This document shows positions 1 to 10,181 of a stretch of DNA of 64,000 bases, piece by piece. The translations under genes and the position numbers were made by a program. The notes beneath the pieces were generated by a model. That model made no database searches, was not told the origin of the DNA, and saw nothing but the letters and a program-made list of their open reading frames with translations. The DNA is taken from positions 1,523,897 to 1,587,896 of the forward strand of contig OY762940.1 of the NCBI GenBank assembly GCA_963667255.1. The letters run 5' to 3'. Each line of letters starts with the position of its first letter. Positions within the stretch are counted from its first letter, which is position 1. The stretch comes from Candidatus Cloacimonadota bacterium (GTDB taxonomy: Bacteria; Cloacimonadota; Cloacimonadia; G963667145).

Positions 1-756
1 TTTGCCAATTTGCGACCATCAAAGATGCACAAAGCTTTGTATAAGGCATGTGTGCTAAAAGAAGAGATTGCTCAACAAGGCTTGGACATTATGATTTTAC
101 GCGAACTCACAGGCGGTATCTACTTCGGCAAACGCGAAGACAAAGGTGATGTCGCTTACGACACTATGCTCTATCGCACCGAAGAGGTGGAGAGAATCGT
201 TCGCTTGGCTTTCCAAATGGCAAAAAATCGTAGTAAAAAAGTGACCAGTGTGGATAAAGCTAATGTTCTCGATAGCTCTCGCTTGTGGAGAAGAACGGTG
301 GAAAAAGTGCATGAGGATTTTCCTGATATCGAACTTATTCATATGTATGTAGATAACGCAGCTATGCAGTTAGTTCGCAATCCATCTCAATTCGATGTGC
401 TGGTTACCGGAAATATGTTCGGCGATATCCTATCCGACCAAGCATCTATGATTACTGGCAGTATCGGTATGTTGCCCTCGGCATCTATGGGCACAGGCAA
501 ATTCGGTTTGTATGAGCCAATTCACGGCTCTGCTCCTGACATAGCTGGTCAAAATAAGGCGAACCCTTTGGCTACTATCTTGTCGATTGCAATGATGCTC
601 AGACATTCTTTTGATATGCAGGAAGAAGCTCAAGCCATAGAAGATGCTGTAAACAAAGTGTTAGACCAAGGTTACCGCACACAAGACATCGCCAGAGATT
701 CTGAGAAAATCGTCAGCACCACCGAGATGGGAGATTTGGTAACGAGCAATATTTAA
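1..756 (+). CDS. leuB: 3-isopropylmalate dehydrogenase (5' truncated by window edge)
   Basis: Frame open from base 1 (FANLRP...); motifs [40 protein letters not shown]. Confidence 0.96.
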   Translation, partial: FANLRPSKMHKALYKACVLKEEIAQQGLDIMILRELTGGIYFGKREDKGDVAYDTMLYRTEEVERIVRLAFQMAKNRSKKVTSVDKANVLDSSRLWRRTVEKVHEDFPDIELIHMYVDNAAMQLVRNPSQFDVLVTGNMFGDILSDQASMITGSIGMLPSASMGTGKFGLYEPIHGSAPDIAGQNKANPLATILSIAMMLRHSFDMQEEAQAIEDAVNKVLDQGYRTQDIARDSEKIVSTTEMGDLVTSNI

Positions 757-774
757 GGAAATAAAGGTAAAAAA

Positions 775-2433
775 ATGAAAAGCAATGTAGTAAAAAAAGG
801 AACCGACAAGACTCCGCACAGAAGCCTATTCAAAGCCTGTGGATATACCGATAGAGAGATTGACAGACCGCTTATTGGGATAGTCAACTCCAAAAACGAA
901 ATCGTCCCAGGACACACGGAATTGGACAAAATCGCCTCTGCCGTAAAGGCGGGAGTGCTATCTGCGGGCGGAACGCCAATAGAGTTCAATACCATCGGTG
1001 TCTGCGACGGCATTGCCATGGGACACGAAGGAATGCACTACTCACTGATTTCCCGAGAGATTATCGCCGACTCCGTGGAAATCATGGCGAAAGCTCACGG
1101 TTTCGATGCTTTGGTTTTCATTCCCAATTGTGACAAAATCGTGCCAGGAATGCTGATGGCAGCCATTAGACTAAACCTGCCTGCAATCTTCATCTCTGGA
1201 GGTCCAATGCTCGCTGGAAGAATTGACAACCGTGCCATCAGCTTGTCATCAACTTTCGAGGCAATCGGCTTATACAATTCCCAAAAAATCGACGAAGCAA
1301 AACTCAAAGAATATGAAGAGGAAAGCTGTCCGACCTGCGGTTCTTGCTCGGGAATGTTCACTGCCAACTCTATGAATTGCCTAACCGAAGCCATCGGAAT
1401 GTCTTTGCCAGGAGCTGCCACCGTGCCTGCCGTTTACAGCAAGAGAATCAGACTTGCCAAAGAAAGCGGATACAGGGTTATGCACTTACTGGAGAACAAT
1501 ATTTGCCCCAAAGATATCATGAGCGAAAAAGCTTTTGAAAACGCTTTGGCTGTGGATATGGCTTTGGGTTGTAGCACCAACTCCGTTTTGCACTTGCCCG
1601 CCATCGCCAACGAAGCGAACATCAGCATCTCTTTGGACAAAATCAACCAAATCAGTGCCGGCACTCCTAATCTCTGCAAGCTGTCCCCCGCAGGCGACAA
1701 ACACATCGAAGACTTGGACAGAGCAGGCGGGATTCCCGCTGTGATGATGGAGTTACACAAAAAAAATCTGCTTCATACCGAACTTCCTACCGTTTTCGGA
1801 ACAGTGCTATCCAGAATCGAAAACACTGTCAATTGCGATACCACAACGATTAAACCCATCGAAAACCCGCATTCCGAGCAAGGAGGACTTCTGATTTTGA
1901 AAGGAACTCTGGCTCCCAATGGTGCTGTCATCAAAAAATCTGCGGTTGATAAATCGATTTACGAATTTGTCGGCAAAGCCAAAGTTTTTTACAGCGAGCA
2001 AGAGTGCGTAAATGCTATCACTTCAGGGAAAATCAAGGAAGGCGATGTTATCGTTATCGCTTACGAAGGACCGAAAGGAGGTCCGGGAATGAGAGAGATG
2101 CTCTCGCCCACTTCGCTCTTAGCAGGAATGGGATTGGACAAAAGTGTTGCTTTGCTCACGGACGGGAGATTTTCCGGAGCCACCAGAGGTTTAGCCATAG
2201 GTCATGTTTCGCCAGAGGCAGCATCAGGTGGACCAATAGCTTACATCCAAACTGGCGACACTATCAAGATAAATCTCAATGCGGGCACACTCGATGTGGA
2301 GATTGACCCTGCAAAGATGGAGAAAAGAAAGAAGAACACAACATTGAAAGAACCTAAAATCAAAACCGGATATTTGGCAAGATACGCCACGATGGTGCAG
2401 TCTGCCGACACCGGAGCGATTTTAAAAGTTTAA
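775..2433 (+). CDS. ilvD: dihydroxy-acid dehydratase
   Basis: [46 protein letters not shown]. Confidence 0.97.
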   Translation: MKSNVVKKGTDKTPHRSLFKACGYTDREIDRPLIGIVNSKNEIVPGHTELDKIASAVKAGVLSAGGTPIEFNTIGVCDGIAMGHEGMHYSLISREIIADSVEIMAKAHGFDALVFIPNCDKIVPGMLMAAIRLNLPAIFISGGPMLAGRIDNRAISLSSTFEAIGLYNSQKIDEAKLKEYEEESCPTCGSCSGMFTANSMNCLTEAIGMSLPGAATVPAVYSKRIRLAKESGYRVMHLLENNICPKDIMSEKAFENALAVDMALGCSTNSVLHLPAIANEANISISLDKINQISAGTPNLCKLSPAGDKHIEDLDRAGGIPAVMMELHKKNLLHTELPTVFGTVLSRIENTVNCDTTTIKPIENPHSEQGGLLILKGTLAPNGAVIKKSAVDKSIYEFVGKAKVFYSEQECVNAITSGKIKEGDVIVIAYEGPKGGPGMREMLSPTSLLAGMGLDKSVALLTDGRFSGATRGLAIGHVSPEAASGGPIAYIQTGDTIKINLNAGTLDVEIDPAKMEKRKKNTTLKEPKIKTGYLARYATMVQSADTGAILKV

Positions 2434-2450
2434 TTTATAAGGGGAGAGTT

Positions 2451-4112
2451 ATGAAATTAACAGGAGCACAGATTGTTATTAAGGCATTGATTGAGCAAGG
2501 AGTTGACACCGTTTTCGGTTACCCTGGCGGCACAGCCCTGCCTATCTACGATGAACTTTACAAAAATAGAGATAAGATAAGCAATATTCTGCCCTCTCAC
2601 GAACAAAATGCCGCTCATGCAGCGGACTCTTATGCCAGAACTACGGGCAAAGTCGGAGTTTGTTTGGCTACCTCAGGTCCTGGTTCCACCAACTTGGTAA
2701 CCGGCATAGCCACAGCCCATATGGACTCCAGCCCTATTATCGCCATTACCAGCAATGTCCCTCTCTCGATGATAGGCAGAGATAGCTTTCAAGAGATTGA
2801 TATAGTTGGGATTACCATTGGGATTACCAAATACAATTACTTCGTGAAAGATGCAAATGACTTGGCAAAAATCGTCAAGGAAGCTTTTGTTATCGCAAGC
2901 TCAGGCAGAAAAGGTGCAGTGTTAATCGACATCCCCAAAGATGTTGCTTTGCAAGAAGTTGAGTATGAAGAACCTGCCTCCTACACTTTGGAAACTCCTC
3001 ATCCCGAAAAAAGCAAAATAGAAGAGGTTGCCAAATACATCAACGAAAGCGAACGACCTTATGTATATTTCGGCGGAGGTGTAAACTCGCCCGAGAACTC
3101 CAAAGCTCTTAACGAATTTGTGAAGAAAATCAATTGTCCTGCGACTTCCAGCCTGATGGGCTTGGGTGCAATCGACCCAAATTATCCGCTCTACACGGGA
3201 TTAATCGGAATGCACGGCACAAAATTTACCAATATCGCCATCCAAAAAAGCGATATGGTTATCGCCATCGGAGCCAGATTTAGCGACAGAGTAACCGGAA
3301 AAGCCAACGCTTTTCTAAAAAAAGCTCATGTCGTCCACATAGACATCGACGAATCGGAAATTAGCAAAAACATAAACTCAACTATCGACCTCGTGGGAGA
3401 TGCCGGCAAAATCTTGAGCGAACTGACCAAATTGATAAAGCCCAAGAATAATCCTGAATGGACGAAGACTATTTTAGAACTCAAAGACAAGCACGATATG
3501 GATTACAGCAAGCCGGAAGGAAAATTGACCCCATACTCCATAATCAGAGAGTTGGACAAATCTACACCCGAGGAGACTATCGTCGCCACAGATGTGGGTC
3601 AACATCAACTTTGGACAGCCCAATATTACAACTTCACCGCTCCGAGAAAGTTCATCACTTCTGGTGGACTGGGAACTATGGGCTTTGGGCTTGGTGCCGC
3701 CATCGGTGCACAATTCGCTTGCCCCAAAACTCCTGTTTTCCTGATAACAGGCGACGGCTCATTCCGCATGAACCTGCACGAACTCTCCACTGTTACAGCC
3801 TACAATCTGCCTATCAAAATTGTTTTGCTGAACAACGGAACTCTGGGAATGGTGCGACAATGGCAAACTCTATTTTACGACAAGCGCTACTCTGCCACCA
3901 CTTTGGACAGAGGACCACATTGGGACAAATTGGCAGAAGCTTACGACTTTACCTATTTCAATTTGGATACCAAAGAGAACTTGGAAGCAACCATGAAAGA
4001 TTTCGTATCTTGCTCGGGACCTGCTATCCTGCACTGCAAAATTGACATAGACGAATGTGTGTTCCCCATAGTGCCTCCAGGAAAAGCCATAGAAAATGCA
4101 ATAACTAAATAA
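2451..4112 (+). CDS. ilvB: acetolactate synthase large subunit
   Basis: FGYPGG, HEQ, TSGPG, TDVGQHQ, SGGLGTMGFG, GDGSF...NN TPP-binding motif, GMVRQWQ. Confidence 0.96.
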   Translation: MKLTGAQIVIKALIEQGVDTVFGYPGGTALPIYDELYKNRDKISNILPSHEQNAAHAADSYARTTGKVGVCLATSGPGSTNLVTGIATAHMDSSPIIAITSNVPLSMIGRDSFQEIDIVGITIGITKYNYFVKDANDLAKIVKEAFVIASSGRKGAVLIDIPKDVALQEVEYEEPASYTLETPHPEKSKIEEVAKYINESERPYVYFGGGVNSPENSKALNEFVKKINCPATSSLMGLGAIDPNYPLYTGLIGMHGTKFTNIAIQKSDMVIAIGARFSDRVTGKANAFLKKAHVVHIDIDESEISKNINSTIDLVGDAGKILSELTKLIKPKNNPEWTKTILELKDKHDMDYSKPEGKLTPYSIIRELDKSTPEETIVATDVGQHQLWTAQYYNFTAPRKFITSGGLGTMGFGLGAAIGAQFACPKTPVFLITGDGSFRMNLHELSTVTAYNLPIKIVLLNNGTLGMVRQWQTLFYDKRYSATTLDRGPHWDKLAEAYDFTYFNLDTKENLEATMKDFVSCSGPAILHCKIDIDECVFPIVPPGKAIENAITK

Positions 4113-4147
4113 ACTATCTGCCTTCCTCAAAACTCGGGGAAGGCTTT
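4110..4147 (+). repeat. terminator-like hairpin, copy 1 of a direct repeat (copy 2 at 4816-4858)
   Basis: TAAACTATCTGCCTTCCTCAAAACTCGGGGAAGGCTTT; GCCTTCC/GGAAGGC stem with only a short T tail. Confidence 0.85.
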
Positions 4148-4164
4148 ATAAATCAAAATAAAAA

Positions 4165-4818
4165 ATGAATAATTTAGAATCTTTTTTGAAAATAGACAAT
4201 TTATATAAATTTATATCTATTTTAGGAATTATACTATTTATAGCTCCATCTATTCTTGGCAATAGACTTGAAAAATTGCAAATAGAAGCCCTAAAACTTC
4301 AATCAGAAAGTAAAATTGTTAAGGAAAGCGCCAAAAGTCTTAATAACAAAGTGAAAAAATTTGAGAAAGACTTCATCAAAATTGAAAATAAAATAAAAAT
4401 ATCACATATTAATTTATATAAATTATGTGAAGAAAAATATAAGTTACTTAGTAAACAAAAAGAAAACATTTCATTATTAGAAAAAAAACTTATAGATAAA
4501 AAACTAAAAGATTTGAATAAAAGAATTAATTCAATAATACAAAAAAATAGAAAAAACTTTGATATTATGAATTATTATAATTCCCAAAATAATGAAAATT
4601 ATAAATCTGCCATTGAAAAACAAAAACTTGCAGAAAATCTTCTTATTAAAGCTAAAACCACAGAAATTGAACTTAACAATTATATGAAAGACTTATACAA
4701 AGAAGAAATATCAAAAATAATAGGTATTGCTTTAATAATATTAGGCGTTATTCTTTGGTATTTTAAAATACAAATTTATATTGACAAAGAAATTAAAAGT
4801 CAAAGTAAAACTCAATAA
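4165..4818 (+). CDS. AT-rich hypothetical membrane protein (TM - coiled coil - TM)
   Basis: 217-aa ORF with hydrophobic segments at both ends and a K/E/N-rich middle; markedly more AT-rich than its neighbours. Confidence 0.75.
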   Translation: MNNLESFLKIDNLYKFISILGIILFIAPSILGNRLEKLQIEALKLQSESKIVKESAKSLNNKVKKFEKDFIKIENKIKISHINLYKLCEEKYKLLSKQKENISLLEKKLIDKKLKDLNKRINSIIQKNRKNFDIMNYYNSQNNENYKSAIEKQKLAENLLIKAKTTEIELNNYMKDLYKEEISKIIGIALIILGVILWYFKIQIYIDKEIKSQSKTQ

Positions 4819-4858
4819 AATATCCGCCTTCCTCAAAAATTTGGGGAAGGCTTTTTTT
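4816..4858 (+). terminator. intrinsic terminator, copy 2 of the direct repeat
   Basis: GCCTTCCTCAAAAATTTGGGGAAGGC followed by T7; lies between convergent genes. Confidence 0.85.
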
Positions 4859-4860
4859 AT

Positions 4861-5940
4861 CTAATACTTTTTAGCCTCTTCTTCACCGTTGAGAACACGG
4901 AAGCACGCCAAAGCTAAAGCCTCCATCTCCATCTCCCCCGGAATCTCGATTTGTCTGCCCAAAAATTCCAAATGCTCTTTAATAAACGGCATCAAATATT
5001 TTTGTGAGTACACCAATCCGCCGGTATAAATAACACCATCCACTTTGCCCTTTAGCACTGCCGCATAAGCTCCGGCATCTTTGGCAACTTGGTAACCCAT
5101 AGCTTTATAAATAAGTTCTGCCTTCTTGTCGCCTTTGTCAATTCTCTCTTCGATTTCCCTACCGTCATCAGTGCCGAGATAGGCAATCAACCCACTTTGT
5201 TTGGCAAACTTTACCTCCAACTCTTTTTGAGTATATTTACCGGAACAAGCCAACCTGATAACTTCCCCAAGAGGCAAAGTTCCGGCTCGTTGTGGAGAAA
5301 AAGGTCCTGTGCCCAACAAAGCATTATTGAGATCTATGCATTTACCCTTTTCCACAGCCACCACAGAGATACCACCCCCCATATGAATGGCAACAAAATT
5401 GCACTCATCCATAGGTTTGCCCACCATCTCGGCAGCTTTCCGCACACAAGCTCTAATATTGAGAGCATGCAACAAAGACCTTCTGCTTATTTCGGGAACT
5501 CCGGAAACTTTCGCAATCTCACTCATCTCGTCCACCGCAACAGGATCGGCGATATAACTACCAACTCCGATACTATCTGCCAAAGATTTAGCCAAAAAAG
5601 CTCCCAAATTAGAAGCATGAGTTCTTCCCCAAATCTTATCGGAAGTCAAATCATCAAGCATCGACTGACTAACTCTGTATGTCCCTCCCGCTACGGGTTT
5701 CATCATGCCACCGCGACCAATTATCGCCGACATATCAGTCAATTTCATCCCCGATTGCTCGACAGTATCCAAAATAATCTTCTTTCTAAATTCCGCTTGC
5801 TCTTCCATAGTATCCAATTTTGCCAACTCTTCGTTGGGATGCCTTATCGTATTTTCAAAAAGCTCACCACTTTCATCATAAATCGCAATTTTTGTCGAGG
5901 TAGACCCCGGATTAATAATAAGTATTTTTTTACTCATCAT
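4861..5940 (-). CDS. buk: butyrate kinase
   Basis: INPGSTSTK, GRGG, HASNLG, HALN, HMGGGISV. Confidence 0.95.
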   Translation of the reverse strand: MMSKKILIINPGSTSTKIAIYDESGELFENTIRHPNEELAKLDTMEEQAEFRKKIILDTVEQSGMKLTDMSAIIGRGGMMKPVAGGTYRVSQSMLDDLTSDKIWGRTHASNLGAFLAKSLADSIGVGSYIADPVAVDEMSEIAKVSGVPEISRRSLLHALNIRACVRKAAEMVGKPMDECNFVAIHMGGGISVVAVEKGKCIDLNNALLGTGPFSPQRAGTLPLGEVIRLACSGKYTQKELEVKFAKQSGLIAYLGTDDGREIEERIDKGDKKAELIYKAMGYQVAKDAGAYAAVLKGKVDGVIYTGGLVYSQKYLMPFIKEHLEFLGRQIEIPGEMEMEALALACFRVLNGEEEAKKY

Positions 5941-6110
5941 GACTCCTTAGATAATAATCACATTTAGTTTTATTGAAATTTGATATTTGTCAACTATTTT
6001 GTTTCCCCATTTACAAAGAAACTAAAATAATTCATATGCCATTGCTAATCAGCTAAGATAAAAAGTTTACAATTATGGAAAATTCCAAAAATTCTCTTTC
6101 ACTAAAATAT

Positions 6111-6155
6111 TTGACAAATTTTCCCAATCCTAAATCTTGTTCGTAAAAATACGAA
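6111..6155 (+). promoter_or_regulatory. TTGACA (6111-6116) and palindromic operator TTCGTA-N4-TACGAA (6140-6155), probable ArsR site
   Basis: Perfect inverted repeat just upstream of the ArsR gene; a near copy lies at 6824-6839. Confidence 0.7.
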
Positions 6156-6170
6156 ATGAGAGGTTCATAA

Positions 6171-6455
6171 GTGCTAACAAGCAAACAAGAAAAAATCGCC
6201 AGATTCGCCAAAGCCATGGGTCATCCTGTGCGGATATTCGTTTTGCAACTGCTTTCCAAACAAAGCTGTTGCTATAGCGGCGACCTCTCGGAAGTGCTTC
6301 CTATCGCCAAGTCAACTCTCTCCCAACATTTGAAAGAGTTAAAATCCGCAGGACTAATCCAAGGCGAAATCGAAGCTCCAAAAATCAAATATTGTATCAA
6401 CAAAGAAAATTGGCAAGAAGCTCAAGAGTTGTTTAAAGAGTTTCTAAATATTTAA
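6171..6455 (+). CDS. arsR: ArsR/SmtB family transcriptional repressor
   Basis: AKAMGHPVR, CC, STLSQHLKELKSAGLI winged-helix signature. Confidence 0.9.
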   Translation: MLTSKQEKIARFAKAMGHPVRIFVLQLLSKQSCCYSGDLSEVLPIAKSTLSQHLKELKSAGLIQGEIEAPKIKYCINKENWQEAQELFKEFLNI

Positions 6456-6475
6456 TTTTGAAAGGAGAACAAATT

Positions 6476-6805
6476 ATGCGTTTACTTCAAGAACTATTTC
6501 CGAAATTTGCAGAAGAGTTTGATAAAATTGATGAGCTCTATAAAGAAAAACGAACAATTGATGAGAAGACCTATCAATTTATCTGCTTTGCACTCTCTAT
6601 AAAAAATCGCTCTAAACCTTGCCTTATAAAACACTTTTTAGGAGCACTTGAGGCAGGAGCAAGTGTTAAAGAGCTGTCTTACATAATGGCTTTAACATTT
6701 AGAGAAAGTGCAGGAGGAGATGACTGCTGGACTCACGATGCTTTAGGGGACTATAAAAAGATGATTGAAGATGGGCTAAAATCATCTGATTGTTGTTCAA
6801 AATAA
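6476..6805 (+). CDS. carboxymuconolactone decarboxylase/AhpD-like protein
   Basis: IDEKTYQFICFALSI...HFLGALEAGASVKEL pattern; C-terminal CC; ATG 6476 follows an AGGAG RBS. Confidence 0.7.
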   Translation: MRLLQELFPKFAEEFDKIDELYKEKRTIDEKTYQFICFALSIKNRSKPCLIKHFLGALEAGASVKELSYIMALTFRESAGGDDCWTHDALGDYKKMIEDGLKSSDCCSK

Positions 6806-6823
6806 TTTTTTTTGCCCAAATAT

Positions 6824-6839
6824 TTCGTAGTTTTGCGAA
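6824..6839 (+). promoter_or_regulatory. second ArsR-like operator TTCGTA-N4-TGCGAA
   Basis: One-mismatch copy (in the arms) of the 6140-6155 palindrome, in the gap before the thioredoxin gene. Confidence 0.6.
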
Positions 6840-6866
6840 GAACGAATTATAAAAAAGGAGAAAAAA

Positions 6867-7103
6867 ATGGAAATCAAAATCTTGGGGACAGGTTGTTCCA
6901 AGTGCAAAAAATTAGAAGAAATCACACGGGAAGTTGCAAACGAGCTAAAACTAAATGCAAACATCGAGAAGGTGGAGGACATCCAAAAAATCATGGAATA
7001 CGGAGTGATGAGCACTCCTGCTTTGGTTATCGACGGCAAAGTTGCTCTGTCGGGTAAATTACCAAAAGCCAAAGAGTTAGAAGAAATCTTAAAGGGAAAT
7101 TAA
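6867..7103 (+). CDS. small thioredoxin-family redox-active disulfide protein
   Basis: IKILGTGCSKC...YGVMSTPALVIDG. Confidence 0.9.
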   Translation: MEIKILGTGCSKCKKLEEITREVANELKLNANIEKVEDIQKIMEYGVMSTPALVIDGKVALSGKLPKAKELEEILKGN

Positions 7104-7110
7104 GCAAAAT

Positions 7111-7524
7111 ATGAAAAAAATATTACTGCCTATTTTGCTTATCTTCAGCTTGTTGCTTGTCTCTTGCACCAAAAAAACCGAAAAAGCAGCAGACCCAAAA
7201 CCGATAGTAAATAACAATCAAGTGCAAGTTTACTATTTTCATGCCAGTCGCAGATGTGCTACCTGCAAAGCTGTAGAAACTGTCAGCGAAAAAGCCGTCC
7301 GAGAAAATTACGGAGACAAAGTTGCTTTCCAATCCATAAATATTGAAGATGAGAAAAATAATGCTTTAGTGCAAAAATACCAAATTTCAGGGCAAAGATT
7401 GCTTATACTCAAAGGCGAAAACGGCTTTGATTTGACCTATTTTGCCTTTATGAATGCGATGAACAATCCTGATAGACTCAAAGAGCAAATCAAAATTTTT
7501 GTGGATTCGTGCAAGGGAATGTAA
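7111..7524 (+). CDS. thioredoxin-fold lipoprotein, ArsF-like
   Basis: Lipobox LLVSC; VYYFHASRRCATC motif. Confidence 0.75.
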   Translation: MKKILLPILLIFSLLLVSCTKKTEKAADPKPIVNNNQVQVYYFHASRRCATCKAVETVSEKAVRENYGDKVAFQSINIEDEKNNALVQKYQISGQRLLILKGENGFDLTYFAFMNAMNNPDRLKEQIKIFVDSCKGM

Positions 7525-7529
7525 TTTGT

Positions 7530-8228
7530 ATGGAAATTTTACAAAATTTACTGGAACACTCTCAATTTCCGATAGTTACAGCTTTCATTTTGGGGTTGAT
7601 GACCGCCATCAGTCCTTGTCCTTTGGCGACAAATATCACCGCTATCGGCTTTATCAGTAAGGAAATCTCCAGTCGCAAAAAAGTTTTCCTCTGTGGTCTT
7701 GTTTACACTCTCGGCAGAGCGATAACTTACACTGGCATCGGCTTGATTTTCTTTTTTGGAGCAAATCAATTTGAGTTTGCAAGTTTCCTACAAAAATGGG
7801 GCGAAAAAATTTTAGGTCCATTGCTGATAATCATCGGCTTATTTATGCTCGGAGTTATCAAAATCAACTTTTTGGGAACAAACTCCTTGGCGGAAAAAAT
7901 AAGCAAAAATACGGGAAATAGCTTTTGGAAAGCACTTTTGTTGGGATTTTTTTTCGCTTTGGCTTTTTGTCCATATAGCGGAGTTTTGTATTTCGGAATG
8001 CTCATTCCTATGAGTGTTGCCAGTCCCAGCGGACTTTTTTTGCCTGCAATTTTTGCCCTTGCCACAGGTTTGCCAGTCATCTTTTTCGCTTGGCTGATTG
8101 CTTTCGGACTTTGGTCAATCGGCAAAATATACGATAAAATAAAAAAATTTGAATTGTGGTTTCGCCGTGTAATCGCCTGTCTCTTCATTGCCGTTGGGAT
8201 TTACTACATCATCACAATTTACCTTTAA
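7530..8228 (+). CDS. ArsG-like/CcdA-type membrane protein
   Basis: ISPCPLATN and LAFCPYS motifs, about 6 TM segments. Confidence 0.8.
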   Translation: MEILQNLLEHSQFPIVTAFILGLMTAISPCPLATNITAIGFISKEISSRKKVFLCGLVYTLGRAITYTGIGLIFFFGANQFEFASFLQKWGEKILGPLLIIIGLFMLGVIKINFLGTNSLAEKISKNTGNSFWKALLLGFFFALAFCPYSGVLYFGMLIPMSVASPSGLFLPAIFALATGLPVIFFAWLIAFGLWSIGKIYDKIKKFELWFRRVIACLFIAVGIYYIITIYL

Positions 8229-8244
8229 TCAATAGGATACGATA

Positions 8245-9288
8245 ATGAAACACAAAATTTGCGAATTTAACCAAAAAATGAACGGCTGTCTTTTCCCCAT
8301 AATTTTATTGCCGATTTGGATTTTTCTCTATCATCATCTACAAACTTTCGCCGACTTCATCATCAACGACATTTTCCAAATGAGCACAGGCAAGCACCTG
8401 ACCGAAACTTTGCGGTTTTTCATCTTTGAAGTGCCGAAAGTCCTGATGCTCCTCGTGTTAATAATCTGGGGAGTTGGCATCATCAGAACCTATTTTACCC
8501 CCGAACGAACAAGAAAAATCTTGCAAGGGAAATCGCTATTTACAGGCAATATTCTCTCCGCCTTGCTCGGCATCGTTACCCCGTTTTGCTCCTGCTCTGC
8601 CATCCCTCTGTTCCTCGGATTTGTGGAAGCCGGAGTCCCCTTGGGAGTCACTTTCTCATTTCTGGTCGCCGCTCCAATGATTAACGAGGTCGCTTTGGTA
8701 ATGCTAATCGGACTTTTCGGCTGGAAAGTCGCTCTAATCTATGTCGGCACAGGGCTATCAATCGCCATCACTTCGGGCTGGATAATCGGCAAATTGGGCT
8801 TGGAAAAATTCGTTGCCGAATGGGCTTACACCATCAAAGCCAACCTCGAGGGCGAAGTTGAAGAGAAAATAAGTTTCGCCCAAAGAATAAACTCTGGCTA
8901 CCAAGCAGTCAGCGAAATCGTGGGCAAAATCTGGATTTACATCGTTATCGGTATCGCTGTGGGAGCGGGAGCTCACGGCTATGTTCCCGAAGATTTTTTG
9001 GGACAAGTTCTCGGGAAAAACAACTGGTTCGGAGTTCCTTTGGCTATCGTTTTGGGAGTTCCCATGTATTCCAATGCGGCAGGCATCATTCCCATCGTGA
9101 GTGTCCTCATCGAAAAAGGTGTCTCGCTCGGCACGGCTCTGGCATTCATGATGTCGGTCATCGCTTTGTCTTTGCCGGAAATCATCATCTTGAAAAAAGT
9201 GCTAAAATGGCAATTGATAAGCATCTTCGTGGGAATTGTATCCGCGGGAATTGTAGCAGTTGGGTTTATTTTTAATTATGTGATGTGA
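8245..9288 (+). CDS. DUF318/ArsP-family permease
   Basis: TPFCSCSAIP, FLVAAPMINE, GVPMYSN, MMSVIALSLPE. Confidence 0.88.
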   Translation: MKHKICEFNQKMNGCLFPIILLPIWIFLYHHLQTFADFIINDIFQMSTGKHLTETLRFFIFEVPKVLMLLVLIIWGVGIIRTYFTPERTRKILQGKSLFTGNILSALLGIVTPFCSCSAIPLFLGFVEAGVPLGVTFSFLVAAPMINEVALVMLIGLFGWKVALIYVGTGLSIAITSGWIIGKLGLEKFVAEWAYTIKANLEGEVEEKISFAQRINSGYQAVSEIVGKIWIYIVIGIAVGAGAHGYVPEDFLGQVLGKNNWFGVPLAIVLGVPMYSNAAGIIPIVSVLIEKGVSLGTALAFMMSVIALSLPEIIILKKVLKWQLISIFVGIVSAGIVAVGFIFNYVM

Positions 9289-9410
9289 TTCAGCAGAAAA
9301 ACTACTTGTCAAAAAAAATAGCTTCAATATTATGCTTGTAAAATAAGAGAATATTAAAAAAATTCTTAATTAATCTAGTAGTTTAAAATTTCAATTTAAG
9401 ATCTAAATTT

Positions 9411-9884
9411 ATGGTAAAAAATATGAATAAAAAGAATCAAACTGATTTATTAGAAGGTTATAAATTTTTATCACGAAATCATAGAACATTACACAATCAA
9501 AGACGAAAATATGAATGGAAAGTTGTATTTACAATTTTAACATTATTTGTTTTGACTGTTTCCGCCTTTTATACAAATAATTTTAAAATTTCAAATGACC
9601 ATAAATATTTTGTATTTGTATTGGTACTTCTTAGTTTTGTAAGTCTAATAATTATTTCATATAAATTTTTAAAACTATTACATAAAGCAAATGCAAAAAA
9701 CAAGCAAATAGCCGAATATTCAGAGGATAATCTTAACAAACTAATTAATAAAAAAGAATTAATATTTGAAAATTTTCAAAACATGCACCCAAATTTTGAT
9801 TCTTGGGCATTTCGTTGGCAAATTTTAACAATTATTCTTTTCGCATTAATTGCTATAGGTTTAATATTTTTAAAAGTATGGTAA
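9411..9884 (+). CDS. AT-rich hypothetical membrane protein (3 TM)
   Basis: 157-aa ORF with three hydrophobic stretches; very AT-rich. Confidence 0.7.
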   Translation: MVKNMNKKNQTDLLEGYKFLSRNHRTLHNQRRKYEWKVVFTILTLFVLTVSAFYTNNFKISNDHKYFVFVLVLLSFVSLIIISYKFLKLLHKANAKNKQIAEYSEDNLNKLINKKELIFENFQNMHPNFDSWAFRWQILTIILFALIAIGLIFLKVW

Positions 9885-10181
9885 TTAAAATTTAAGTACT
9901 TATATTTTAAAACAATTTGATAAATAACTACTCCCCATCTCATAATGTTCATATTCTCATCATTATAGCCAATAATCAGTCTAAAGAAAAAATCAAACTC
10001 CATTGAAATTATCGCCTTTAAATTCCTTTTCAACCACACAATGTAAATCACTTTCTAAAAAACTACTTGCCAAGATTTTCTATAAGAACAACATTGGATT
10101 ATCGGGGGGTCTGTATATTTTATCTGTAAAAAATTTGCTTGTCGCTTTACTATGTAAATAACTCAATAACAAGGAGATGTT

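Noticed and set aside
5089..5967. 292-aa plus-strand ORF (similarly 25332-26201 and 29221-29985)
   Set aside because: Antisense to buk, lon and hppA, which carry clear family motifs
6171..9288. Selenocysteine read-through in the ars-like redox genes
   Set aside because: The CxxC motifs are complete with Cys codons and no in-frame TGA interrupts a domain
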